Virus record (IMG/VR): IMGVR_UViG_2908567220_000002
Coordinates: 33,901-97,900 of that record
DNA length: 64,000 nucleotides
Source: a virus
Lineage: Duplodnaviria; Heunggongvirae; Uroviricota; Caudoviricetes
Strand: one strand, 5' to 3'
This document shows positions 52,246-60,108 of the stretch, one piece after another. The position numbers and the translations under genes are program-made. Position 1 is the stretch's first letter. Each line of letters begins with the position of its first letter. The notes under the pieces were generated by a model. The model was not told where the DNA came from. It saw only the letters and a list, made by a program, of their open reading frames with translations, and ran no database searches.

Positions 52246-52456
52246 AGCCTGCTTCTCCTTGCCTTTCGGCACGTAAGAGGCTAACCTACGTGTGTAGAGC
52301 ATAGATATGGCCTCAGATTAATGTTAAGCGTCTTGCCGGACGCGTAATGTTAACTGGGGCTTTTCTCTATCTGCCTTTTGGTGTTCATGCCTGAGACAGA
52401 TAGCCTCAAGCACCCGCTGCAATTCTACTTAACTCTCCTTTTCCCGCAAACCGTTT

Positions 52457-52540
52457 TTATCCCCAGCGGCAAATCGAATACACCACCAGCGCCACCGCCA
52501 TCGCAATTCCTACCGTTGTTAATGCTTCAGGCCAGGTCAT
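52457..52540 (-). CDS. 27-aa hydrophobic peptide, translationally coupled (ATGA overlap) to the upstream gene; speculative
   Basis: Hand-translated [27 protein letters not shown]; absent from prophage A, whose cargo island begins exactly here. Confidence 0.25.
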   Translation of the reverse strand: MTWPEALTTVGIAMAVALVVYSICRWG

Positions 52541-52881
52541 CGTAAAATATCCTCCACGCTTATCAGTCCGTTCCGCTCCAGATAACTCATCGCCTTATCC
52601 GGTAATTTGCAGTCTGGCTTCGCTTTCCTCAGTTGCCAGGTTAACTGCTTTACCAGCATGGTTAACTCATCGACCAGACGCTGATATCCCACTGGTTTGT
52701 ATTCATGCAATTTACCGGCTGGCTCTGCTGCCAGCGATACCAGTGCGATTTCCAGAACAGCAATATCCATCTTATATGTGCGGATGATGTCATGGTCGAT
52801 TGTGCCCGGTATGCACAGTCTCTGTGCTTCAATAGTCTCCTCTGCGTGAGCTATTAACTGCTCTCTGGTAAAAGTCGTCAT
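52537..52881 (-). CDS. Hypothetical nin-region protein (114 aa)
   Basis: [22 protein letters not shown]...; paralogous N-terminus to the 55-aa ORF just upstream. Confidence 0.5.
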   Translation of the reverse strand: MTTFTREQLIAHAEETIEAQRLCIPGTIDHDIIRTYKMDIAVLEIALVSLAAEPAGKLHEYKPVGYQRLVDELTMLVKQLTWQLRKAKPDCKLPDKAMSYLERNGLISVEDILR

Positions 52882-53045
52882 GCCGTAGCCCCTTCTTGAT
52901 ATTTTTCAAACCAGAACACAACCGGCTCTGCTTCCAGTGATGCCAGCGCAATCCGTGCCAGTTCCATTTGTTCACCACGGGTAAGCCCGTTTTCAAGCGG
53001 GTTTTTAATGAACAATTCAATACGTTCTTTGGTAATAGTGGTCAT
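52878..53045 (-). CDS. Small hypothetical protein (55 aa), paralog of the N-terminal part of the downstream gene
   Basis: Hand-translated [59 protein letters not shown] overlap with next gene. Confidence 0.4.
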   Translation of the reverse strand: MTTITKERIELFIKNPLENGLTRGEQMELARIALASLEAEPVVFWFEKYQEGATA

Positions 53046-53055
53046 GTGTTACTCC

Positions 53056-53319
53056 TTAACCCGCAGTGCTTTCAACTGATGAGGGGAACAAAATCTTTTC
53101 ATCAAACCCTGCATTCATATCATGAACAGCAACACACCAATCCATCGACGAACGATTATCAAGAGCCTCCATGATTTCATCCATGCGGCGTAGGTCATAC
53201 AGGTAAATGCTTTTATCGCCAATGGTGTAAAAGCCAATTTTTTTCGGTGATGGACAGCGATCAAGAACTTCCTGTAATTCGTTCAACCATGCCCGTTCTT
53301 TTTTTGTCAAAGTTGCCAT
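53056..53319 (-). CDS. Hypothetical nin-region protein
   Basis: Likely start MATLTKKERAWLNELQEVLDRC; tracked ORF 53056..53409. Confidence 0.45.
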   Translation of the reverse strand: MATLTKKERAWLNELQEVLDRCPSPKKIGFYTIGDKSIYLYDLRRMDEIMEALDNRSSMDWCVAVHDMNAGFDEKILFPSSVESTAG

Positions 53320-53320
53320 A

Positions 53321-53539
53321 TCAGTTTTCCTTATACGGATTAATTTTATTGTGCAGTGTGTTGAACGACGCCCATACAACGTCGGTATACAATTCAGTAA
53401 CTGGCTCAATTATTTTCCCGATTGCCCAGACAAAAATTAGAGGGGATATCGGTATCATCAATACGATAAACAGAATGAGAAACAAAAATTCTGTCGCTCT
53501 ACTTTTTTGCGGATATTCTTTTCTGAATAATGTAGTCAT
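53321..53539 (-). CDS. Small membrane protein (one predicted TM segment)
   Basis: 72 aa with hydrophobic FLFLILFIVLMIPISPLIFVWAIG. Confidence 0.45.
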   Translation of the reverse strand: MTTLFRKEYPQKSRATEFLFLILFIVLMIPISPLIFVWAIGKIIEPVTELYTDVVWASFNTLHNKINPYKEN

Positions 53540-53571
53540 TTCTTACCGCCCTTTCGGGCGGCCTCCCGACA

Positions 53572-53784
53572 TTAATCGTTGTGGTAACTCATGGCTTCAT
53601 TTGCAGCATCAACCGGATCAACTTCCCACCAGCAATAATTTGGTGCGTTTCCTTCAGGTGTCCACGGTTCTAATTCATTTTTTGCCACATTCTCGTCGCC
53701 AGTAATTTTAAAAATCTGTTCAGAGAATTTTTTCACCCACTCGTTATATTTTTCAGTGTTAATAATTTTCTGTGTATTTGACAT
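53572..53784 (-). CDS. Hypothetical protein (70 aa)
   Basis: ORF track only; MSNTQKIINTEKYNEWVKKF... Confidence 0.4.
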   Translation of the reverse strand: MSNTQKIINTEKYNEWVKKFSEQIFKITGDENVAKNELEPWTPEGNAPNYCWWEVDPVDAANEAMSYHND

Positions 53785-53895
53785 AGATATACCTCCAGTT
53801 AAGGATTAAATTTTATTTACAGTGCTGAACTTAATTATTCAGATTTGGATTATGCTTTCTCTTTCTCTTCACGAAGTTCCGATTGTTAATTTGGC

Positions 53896-54318
53896 TCACA
53901 ACAGCACCTTCTGAAAATTCCCCTGATAGAAAGCCAGTACACGCTGCATAGCTTCACTCTTCCGGCACTCGAGACAGATTATGTTCAGACGCCTGTCGTA
54001 GCGGCGTATTTCGCCATCTGGTAATGACCAGATAAGGTCCGGATCAACCGCAGATGGTTTCTTCAGCTTTGCCCTTGAGAGTATTTTGCGTGCATTTTGC
54101 CAGTCTTTACGAGCCTGTTCAGACGGGAATAACCCGTAACCAGAGTTGTATACATCACCACTGGCAACCAGCTCTCTGGCCAGAAGGCTCATCAGATATC
54201 TTGTTGCCCCAGTTTTAGTTTCCAGTTGTCGTAACGTCTCGCGCCCACTCTGGCGTACGAGTTCAACAACCTGCCCTTTAATTTTTTCCCGCTCTTCTTG
54301 TGTAAATACTTTTGCCAT
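53896..54318 (-). CDS. Hypothetical protein conserved downstream of replication genes
   Basis: Start MAKVFTQEEREKIKGQ; paralog of 6485..6907. Confidence 0.6.
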   Translation of the reverse strand: MAKVFTQEEREKIKGQVVELVRQSGRETLRQLETKTGATRYLMSLLARELVASGDVYNSGYGLFPSEQARKDWQNARKILSRAKLKKPSAVDPDLIWSLPDGEIRRYDRRLNIICLECRKSEAMQRVLAFYQGNFQKVLL

Positions 54319-54333
54319 AAGCGCCTCCGGCAA

Positions 54334-55104
54334 TCACTTTTCCGATACAACACGGCGGGAAGAATCAGTAATCTGTCGAACAATATCCCGGTGCTTGTTC
54401 AGCTCCCGCAGCGCGGCGCAGACTCGCTCCCACTTCTGAACATCACTTTTCGCCCTGCGCAGCGCCAGGTTTGCCCTGCGAAGGGACGGAAAAATCAGCT
54501 CATCTGCTTGCGTTTCGGTAAACGATGGCAACGGCTGCACAATGTCCGCCACAGTTTCTGTTTTAATTTCTTCCTGTGTTGCGGCTTCCCGGACTGGTAA
54601 CGCAGCACCTGCTGGCTGAGGAAAGGCCTTACCATCACTTTCCGTTACCAGCGCGGCTTTCGGCTCTGCTGGTAAATTATCGCCCGGCATGCAGTAACGA
54701 AATTTACCGTTCTGATTAACGCGTGCCAGCCGCCCCGTTGCGGTTACCACCGCCAGCGTGGAAGCAACCTTGCGAGTACTGACACCGAACTTACCCGCCA
54801 GTTCCTCACACGTTTTAGCCCCATCCTGACCGATAAACTCAATCATCATGTCTGCGGTAACTTTTTGTTCGACCTCCCCGGTCAGCATATCCTGTGCTTC
54901 AGATTTTACTGGCCGCTCTTCGGTTACCCGGGATTCACCTTCGCCAGCCAGAAACCAGGTGTGACCAGTTTTATCAACGACGCCTTTTCTTTTGAGTTCC
55001 CACAGCTCGTTGACAGCCTCTTCACGACTGATTCCAAGGCGAGCTGCCACCACATGTGAAGAGGCTTTTTTCAGTGCTTTCAGTGCGTCAGATACGGTTT
55101 CCAT
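54334..55104 (-). CDS. Hypothetical protein with N-terminal HTH-like region (replication-associated position)
   Basis: 256 aa METVSDALKALKKASSHVVAARLGISREEA...; no counterpart in prophage A. Confidence 0.5.
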   Translation of the reverse strand: METVSDALKALKKASSHVVAARLGISREEAVNELWELKRKGVVDKTGHTWFLAGEGESRVTEERPVKSEAQDMLTGEVEQKVTADMMIEFIGQDGAKTCEELAGKFGVSTRKVASTLAVVTATGRLARVNQNGKFRYCMPGDNLPAEPKAALVTESDGKAFPQPAGAALPVREAATQEEIKTETVADIVQPLPSFTETQADELIFPSLRRANLALRRAKSDVQKWERVCAALRELNKHRDIVRQITDSSRRVVSEK

Positions 55105-55125
55105 TAAAATTTCCTCCGGACAAAA

Positions 55126-55872
55126 TTACTTCACAACCCTCATATTGCTGACATTTGGACGCCAGCTATCCCAGTTAAACGTCACCCATCGACCACCGTT
55201 CATGGTCATGCGGTCCATAATCCTCTCACCAAGAAGCGTACTCATTGCGGCATGATTCAGGTTTGTTAACATCCCGACACTGCACAGTGATGCTGTCCGG
55301 CGATCAATTATCTGGTGCAATACCACCTGCTCGTTTTTCGTCTCCCGCTGAACGCCTATTTCATCCAGGACCAGCAAATCAACCCCGCAAAGCTCCTGTA
55401 AAAATTTTTCCCCGGATTTGCCGTTGTCGTAGCTGTCATGCAACACGCTCATGACGTCAGACACGGTGACGATAATCACGCTGCGCCCCTTCACCATCAG
55501 CCGGTTGCCCATCGCCGCTGCAAGGTGATTTTTCCCGGTGCCGGTTTTACCGCTGAACACAAAATTCGTGCACCCGGTCATCAGTTCGTCAGCTATGGAT
55601 TTGGCCTGGCTCAGCGCGTATTTTTGCCCGTCGTTCTGCACCTGATAATTTGCAAACGAGCATTTGCTGTGCAGAGGCTGGATGCCCGAACGATTCAGGA
55701 TTTTTTCCACCCGCAACTGGCGATTCTGGCGGTTAATCTCCTCGCTGCGTTTTCGTCCTTCAGCAAGTTGCCATTCCCGCCACTCCTCCACCGTCCGGTA
55801 CGGTGGAACCGACCCCTGTGGTGCAAGTCTGCGAATACGTTCAAGAACCCCAACTGCCGCAATGTTTTTCAT
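55126..55872 (-). CDS. DnaC-like helicase loader (IstB-like AAA+ ATPase)
   Basis: 248 aa; Walker A GKTGTGKNHLAAA, Walker B DLLVLDEIG; directly after replication initiator. Confidence 0.85.
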   Translation of the reverse strand: MKNIAAVGVLERIRRLAPQGSVPPYRTVEEWREWQLAEGRKRSEEINRQNRQLRVEKILNRSGIQPLHSKCSFANYQVQNDGQKYALSQAKSIADELMTGCTNFVFSGKTGTGKNHLAAAMGNRLMVKGRSVIIVTVSDVMSVLHDSYDNGKSGEKFLQELCGVDLLVLDEIGVQRETKNEQVVLHQIIDRRTASLCSVGMLTNLNHAAMSTLLGERIMDRMTMNGGRWVTFNWDSWRPNVSNMRVVK

Positions 55873-55878
55873 GACACG

Positions 55879-56856
55879 TCACCCCCTGAATCCCGGCGGT
55901 ATTTCAGTGTCCGGTTCAGAAATGTGATTCACGCAACGCTGCGCAGGCGAACGCCCCAGGCGGATAACCAGTTCATCCCATTTTTCCCGGAGTTTTGCCG
56001 GACTCATGATGTTTTTTACCCAGAACGAATCCCGCTGGAGACGCCCAAACATTTCACAAATTTGTCTGTGAGTTCTGCCATCCAGCATCCGCATTGTGCG
56101 AACGTCATTGGCCCATGCTGTCCAGTTGGGTTCTTTCGGTCTAGTGATCTCGCCATCATAGCTGGCCGCCTGCTCGTAAAGACTCACGATTCGTCCCCAG
56201 ATCCACTGTGCGCACACCAAATCTTCCTGACTTCCCCACTGGCGTTTTTTCGCACTGAACACAACCGCGTCAGGGTGTCGGGTTAAAAAATCCTGTTCAG
56301 CCGTCTGCGGGTCCGGTTGCGAAGCGTCCGGACAAGAAGATCTTTTATCTGACGGATCAGGTTTTAATACTGACGGATCGGGGTCAATCATCGCCCCCCT
56401 AATCGGCAGTTTTTTATCAACAGTTGATCCATCAAAATTTGACGGGTCAACCGTTGAGGGGTCAATATTTGACGGGTCAACTGTTAACGGGTCATTTTTT
56501 GCCGGGCTAATTTTTCTTTTCGGTTTATATGACTCACGCGCCGCCGCCGCAGCTGCTTCGAGTTTTTCCACATTAAGCCGATAGATATTGCTTACATTAC
56601 GCCCACCGACCTTACGCTCTTCCTTCGTCAGCCAGCCCTCTTTCGCCAGTTCTGCAATAGCCGATTTCACTGTGGATTCACTTCTTGCACCGATCTGACG
56701 CCGGATAGTTTCAATGGCAGGCCATGACACGCCCTCGTCATTGCTGTAGTCTGCAAGACGGGCCATAACCGCCACCCTGGATAAGATCATGCCGGTGAAG
56801 GCGCACCCTTCCCAGACAAGACCATGAAGCTTGCTGCTCATAAAACCCCCGAACAC
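55879..56856 (-). CDS. Replication initiator (O-like, HTH) with internal origin iterons
   Basis: 325 aa; iterons encode DPSNIDPSTVDPSNFDGSTVD; C-terminal 20 aa shared with A's replication protein. Confidence 0.7.
   Translation of the reverse strand: MFGGFMSSKLHGLVWEGCAFTGMILSRVAVMARLADYSNDEGVSWPAIETIRRQIGARSESTVKSAIAELAKEGWLTKEERKVGGRNVSNIYRLNVEKLEAAAAAARESYKPKRKISPAKNDPLTVDPSNIDPSTVDPSNFDGSTVDKKLPIRGAMIDPDPSVLKPDPSDKRSSCPDASQPDPQTAEQDFLTRHPDAVVFSAKKRQWGSQEDLVCAQWIWGRIVSLYEQAASYDGEITRPKEPNWTAWANDVRTMRMLDGRTHRQICEMFGRLQRDSFWVKNIMSPAKLREKWDELVIRLGRSPAQRCVNHISEPDTEIPPGFRG
56350..56500. repeat. Putative replication origin iterons inside the O-like gene
   Basis: Repeated GACGGGTCAA / GGGGTCAA / GACGGATC units. 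Confidence 0.6.
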
Positions 56857-56863
56857 CGTGCTT

Positions 56864-57289
56864 TTAGTGCATCACCACAGCATTCCCTGCCGGGCCGCCG
56901 CGATTCATCTGGTCATACAAAACAACCGCTGACGCAACAAAATCATCGACATCCTTCACCAGCCGATCCCTCCGTTCGACGATCTCACGGTAATATTCAG
57001 AACTGTGGCTGCGCATACGGGCCACCAGCAAAGGCGGCATCGCCTTTTCGATCGCCGGTAACAGAGCCTGCATTTTTTCAACAGCATCAGGGGTGTCTTT
57101 CTCTACCCAGCGGAAAATTTTCTGGGTATTGCGAGCCAGGGCTTCCGGATGGCTGTCGTCATACAGTTCTGGGAACGTCATACCCAACTCAAAATAAGCC
57201 TGGGTTATTCCAGCTGCTGGAACTTTTTCGCCATCAGGACGCGCCCAGGCATTCATCGCCATGCGGATGTGTTCATGCTTGATTTTCAT
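56864..57289 (-). CDS. YdaT-like protein (CII position)
   Basis: 141 aa MKIKHEHIRMAMNAWARPDGEK...; paralog of 8090..8515. Confidence 0.65.
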   Translation of the reverse strand: MKIKHEHIRMAMNAWARPDGEKVPAAGITQAYFELGMTFPELYDDSHPEALARNTQKIFRWVEKDTPDAVEKMQALLPAIEKAMPPLLVARMRSHSSEYYREIVERRDRLVKDVDDFVASAVVLYDQMNRGGPAGNAVVMH

Positions 57290-57554
57290 GAATCAAGCTC
57301 CTAGAAAGTGGTTGTGTTAACGTTTTGGTATCTTCCAGCTCGGGCCAAATATTCATCCAATCAAAAGGCCTTAGTTGCTGACGTGTAACTTCACCATTAC
57401 TGGCTCGCTCAATAAGGACACATAACGATGCCCCTAACACTTGACCTTTACTCAATGCCTTTCTTAGATAACCGATGCTGGTACCACACTCGCATGCAAA
57501 CATACGCTGTTCATCTGACGAAAGAGAATTGAGAAATATTCTTAATTCTTCCAT
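57273..57554 (-). CDS. YdaS/Cro-like HTH regulator
   Basis: 93 aa; ...GEVTRQQLRPFDW... resembles YdaS-type Cro; divergent from repressor gene. Confidence 0.6.
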   Translation of the reverse strand: MEELRIFLNSLSSDEQRMFACECGTSIGYLRKALSKGQVLGASLCVLIERASNGEVTRQQLRPFDWMNIWPELEDTKTLTQPLSRSLIHENQA

Positions 57555-57654
57555 AGCTACTCCTTAGTAAACACAGCAAAGAATACCCACAGGTAAACAA
57601 AAGTCAATACCCACAGGTTGTTTACCTTGCGGTAATCGCATCTATTATTTACCT
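57555..57654. promoter_or_regulatory. Divergent promoter/operator region (OR-like)
   Basis: Two direct AATACCCACAGGT repeats; related palindrome TACCCATGGGTA occurs twice at ~58110-58160. Confidence 0.5.
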
Positions 57655-58074
57655 ATGGACAAATATGAATTTAGACGACAGCAACTCATCAAAATTCGTG
57701 ATGAGAAATGCGATGGTAAAGCGGTTAACGTGGCCAGAAAGATCGGGCGCGAGCCTTCTTATGTATCAAGAATGTTGTACCCAGAGGGGAAAAAGGGAAA
57801 AAAACGGATCGCTGATGATATGGTGGAGATTATCGAAGAGTCCTTTGGGTTACCCCGGGGATGGATGGATGGTATCGTTTCATCATCAACGAACACAGCC
57901 TCCAGTTATGAAACAAGGGTTCTAACGCCACGACAACGTATTTTTTTAGATCTCTTAGACGAACTGCCAGAAAGTGAAGCGGATAAATTATTAAAAACTC
58001 TTGAAGAGAAAAAACAGTATTACAATATGATCTACGAAGAAATCCGTAAAAAGAAAGCACAAAACGCATCATAG
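57655..58074 (+). CDS. Prophage repressor (RacR/DicA-like HTH, no S24 peptidase domain)
   Basis: 139 aa; N-terminal region differs from A's repressor, C-terminal ~50 aa nearly identical. Confidence 0.7.
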   Translation: MDKYEFRRQQLIKIRDEKCDGKAVNVARKIGREPSYVSRMLYPEGKKGKKRIADDMVEIIEESFGLPRGWMDGIVSSSTNTASSYETRVLTPRQRIFLDLLDELPESEADKLLKTLEEKKQYYNMIYEEIRKKKAQNAS

Positions 58075-58339
58075 CTCACCAAACAACTAGTCACCAGTTA
58101 AGACACCGCAAAAATTTACCCATGGGTATTTACTTTTTAAATACCTATGGGTATCCTTCTTTTCATACCAACCCACCCCGCCCCACAGAATGCAGGGCAA
58201 TACTTCGAGTTACCAGGCAGTGGTCAGGGGTTAAGTAGCCAGCCCGAGGCGTAAGAACATGACGGCAGGGTTCAACTTTAATAACTATGCAGCAGGTTTT
58301 TGTTCCGCTACCCCGGCGTTAAGGGGAAATGAGGTCAGC

Positions 58340-58492
58340 ATGGATACTATCGATCTTGGCAACAGCGAATCTCTGGTATGTGGCGTGTTCCCCAACCAGG
58401 ACGGTACGTTCACCGCGATGACGTATACCAGAAGCAAAACGTTTAAAACTGAAGCTGGCGCGCGTCGCTGGTTAACCAGAAACACTGACTGA
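58340..58492 (+). CDS. ydfA: YdfA-like protein
   Basis: 50 aa MDTIDLGNSESLVCGVFPNQDGTFTAMTYTRSKTFKTEAGARRWLTRNTD. Confidence 0.75.
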   Translation: MDTIDLGNSESLVCGVFPNQDGTFTAMTYTRSKTFKTEAGARRWLTRNTD

Positions 58493-58503
58493 TGAGGTTG
58501 ACG

Positions 58504-58824
58504 ATGGAATTTAAAGATTTACCAGTACCATTCCAGGAAATGGCATCGAATGTGGTTCGCTCTCAACTGGCGACTCTTGACCTGAGTACCGTAGAAAAAG
58601 AAACCATCGACAATATATCCGGTAACGTACGCCGAGCCTTTATCGGGCTGTACGAAGAGAAGCAGCTCTCTGATAACCAGGATTTACATGAAAAATACTT
58701 CCTGGATCTAATGGACATCATTGATAAGGGGTTTGGCTTGTTAATGAAAAAGAAAGGGATTCGAATAGAACCCCTTGAAAATTACTTTGCAACAAAAAGC
58801 ATTAATTCTTTTGATTCAAAATAA
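58504..58824 (+). CDS. Hypothetical protein (106 aa)
   Basis: Start MEFKDLPVPFQEMASNVV with GAGG SD; replaces the YdfB-like gene of prophage A. Confidence 0.45.
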   Translation: MEFKDLPVPFQEMASNVVRSQLATLDLSTVEKETIDNISGNVRRAFIGLYEEKQLSDNQDLHEKYFLDLMDIIDKGFGLLMKKKGIRIEPLENYFATKSINSFDSK

Positions 58825-59077
58825 GAGAATTAATTACAGACTTAACATGCTCTTTCTCATGATTGAAGCTCTCATGATTGAAAGTGCCGGGTTGAAGCGA
58901 GTCGATATAATCAACAAGACTCTGTCGTACGACTTCATTTTTATCCATAACAGATGCAAGAAATGAAATTGCTAAAAGAGTTATATCACTACGCGCCGCA
59001 GCATGTTGCAATGCTTTATCAAAATTATTAATCTGGCGTATCAGGGAGTTAATGATTTCATCATTTTCAGTCGACAT
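58802..59077 (-). CDS. Hypothetical protein (91 aa) antisense to the early-left operon, convergent with the preceding gene
   Basis: Start MSTENDEIINSLIRQINNFD with AGGAGGG SD; tracked ORF 58802..59290. Confidence 0.45.
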   Translation of the reverse strand: MSTENDEIINSLIRQINNFDKALQHAAARSDITLLAISFLASVMDKNEVVRQSLVDYIDSLQPGTFNHESFNHEKEHVKSVINSLILNQKN

Positions 59078-59411
59078 TTCACCCTCCTGAGGGTTGGTGA
59101 TTAAGGAGTTCTCCACGGGTGAGGTGGAGTGCGTGCGCCGGACACGGGTGAGCATCCGGCACTGACAGTTTACTGAAAGGATATTTCCCTGAAAAGTCAG
59201 ACCATAACGCGAAAGCGCACGGCGAGGTAGCTGGTTCATAGATAGCCTGTCGTTAAATTTTCGTCGACCGTGCGCTTCCGGTTGTGGCAATCCGCGAAAT
59301 GGCGCGGCGGTAAGTATGGCGGGGTTATTCCTTCCCCCGTTGAGGACACCGGGTTGTCAGGTTGACCATACGCTTAAGTGACAACCCCGCTGCAACGCCC
59401 TCTGTTATCAA

Positions 59412-59468
59412 TTTTCTGGTGACGTTTGGCGGTATCAGTTTTACTCCGTGACTGCTCTGCCGCCCTTT
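59412..59468 (+). ncRNA. dicF: DicF small RNA
   Basis: TTTCTGGTGACGTTTGGCGGTATCAGTTTTACTCCGTGACTGCTCTGCCGCCCTTTTT matches DicF as recalled, including terminator hairpin and U-tail. Confidence 0.8.
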
Positions 59469-59639
59469 TTAAAGTGAATTTTGTAATGTGGTGAATGCGG
59501 CTGAGCGCACGCGGAACAGTTAAAACCAAAAACAGTGTTATGGGTGGATTCTCTGTATCCGGCGTTAATTGTTAACTGGTTAACGTCACCTGGAGGCACC
59601 AGGCACCGCATCACAAAATTCATTGTTGAGGACGCGATA

Positions 59640-59828
59640 ATGGAAACGTTATTACCAAACGTTAATACGTCTGAAGGTTGTTTTGAAATTGGTGTCAATA
59701 TCAGTAACCCTGTATTTACTGAAGATGCCATTAACAAGAGAAAACACGAACGGGAGCTATTAAATAAAATATGCATTCTTTCAATGCTGGCCCGTTTACG
59801 TCCGATACAAAAAGGATGCTGGCAATGA
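59640..59828 (+). CDS. dicB: Cell division inhibitor DicB
   Basis: 62 aa METLLPNVNTSEGCFEIGVNISNPVFTEDAINKRKHERELLNKICILSMLARLRPIQKGCWQ. Confidence 0.85.
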   Translation: METLLPNVNTSEGCFEIGVNISNPVFTEDAINKRKHERELLNKICILSMLARLRPIQKGCWQ

Positions 59829-60016
59829 ATACAGCATTTGCACTTGTTCTGACAGTTTTTCTTGTTTCCGGAGAGCCAGTTGATATTGCAGTCAGTGTTC
59901 ACAGGACAATGCAGGAGTGTGTGACTGCAGCAACCGAACAGAAAATTCCCGGTAACTGTTACCCGGTCGATAAAGTTATTCACCAGGATAATAACGAAAT
60001 CCCGGCAGGTCTTTAA
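59825..60016 (+). CDS. ydfD: YdfD-like protein
   Basis: 63 aa MNTAFALVLTVFLVSGEPVDIAVSVHRTMQECVTAATEQKIPGNCYPVDKVIHQDNNEIPAGL; overlaps dicB stop. Confidence 0.8.
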   Translation: MNTAFALVLTVFLVSGEPVDIAVSVHRTMQECVTAATEQKIPGNCYPVDKVIHQDNNEIPAGL

Positions 60017-60108
60017 AACAGTTCCGTAATAAATATCCGGTTTCATTCTTATATGCCAGCAATGGCAGGGATTTGTTCACCCTTAAATCTGTAATGAGGT
60101 AAAACAAA

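Noticed and set aside
59441-60046. 201-aa minus-strand ORF overlapping DicF, dicB and ydfD
   Set aside because: Antisense to three recognisable plus-strand features; Cys-rich low-complexity translation; no SD.
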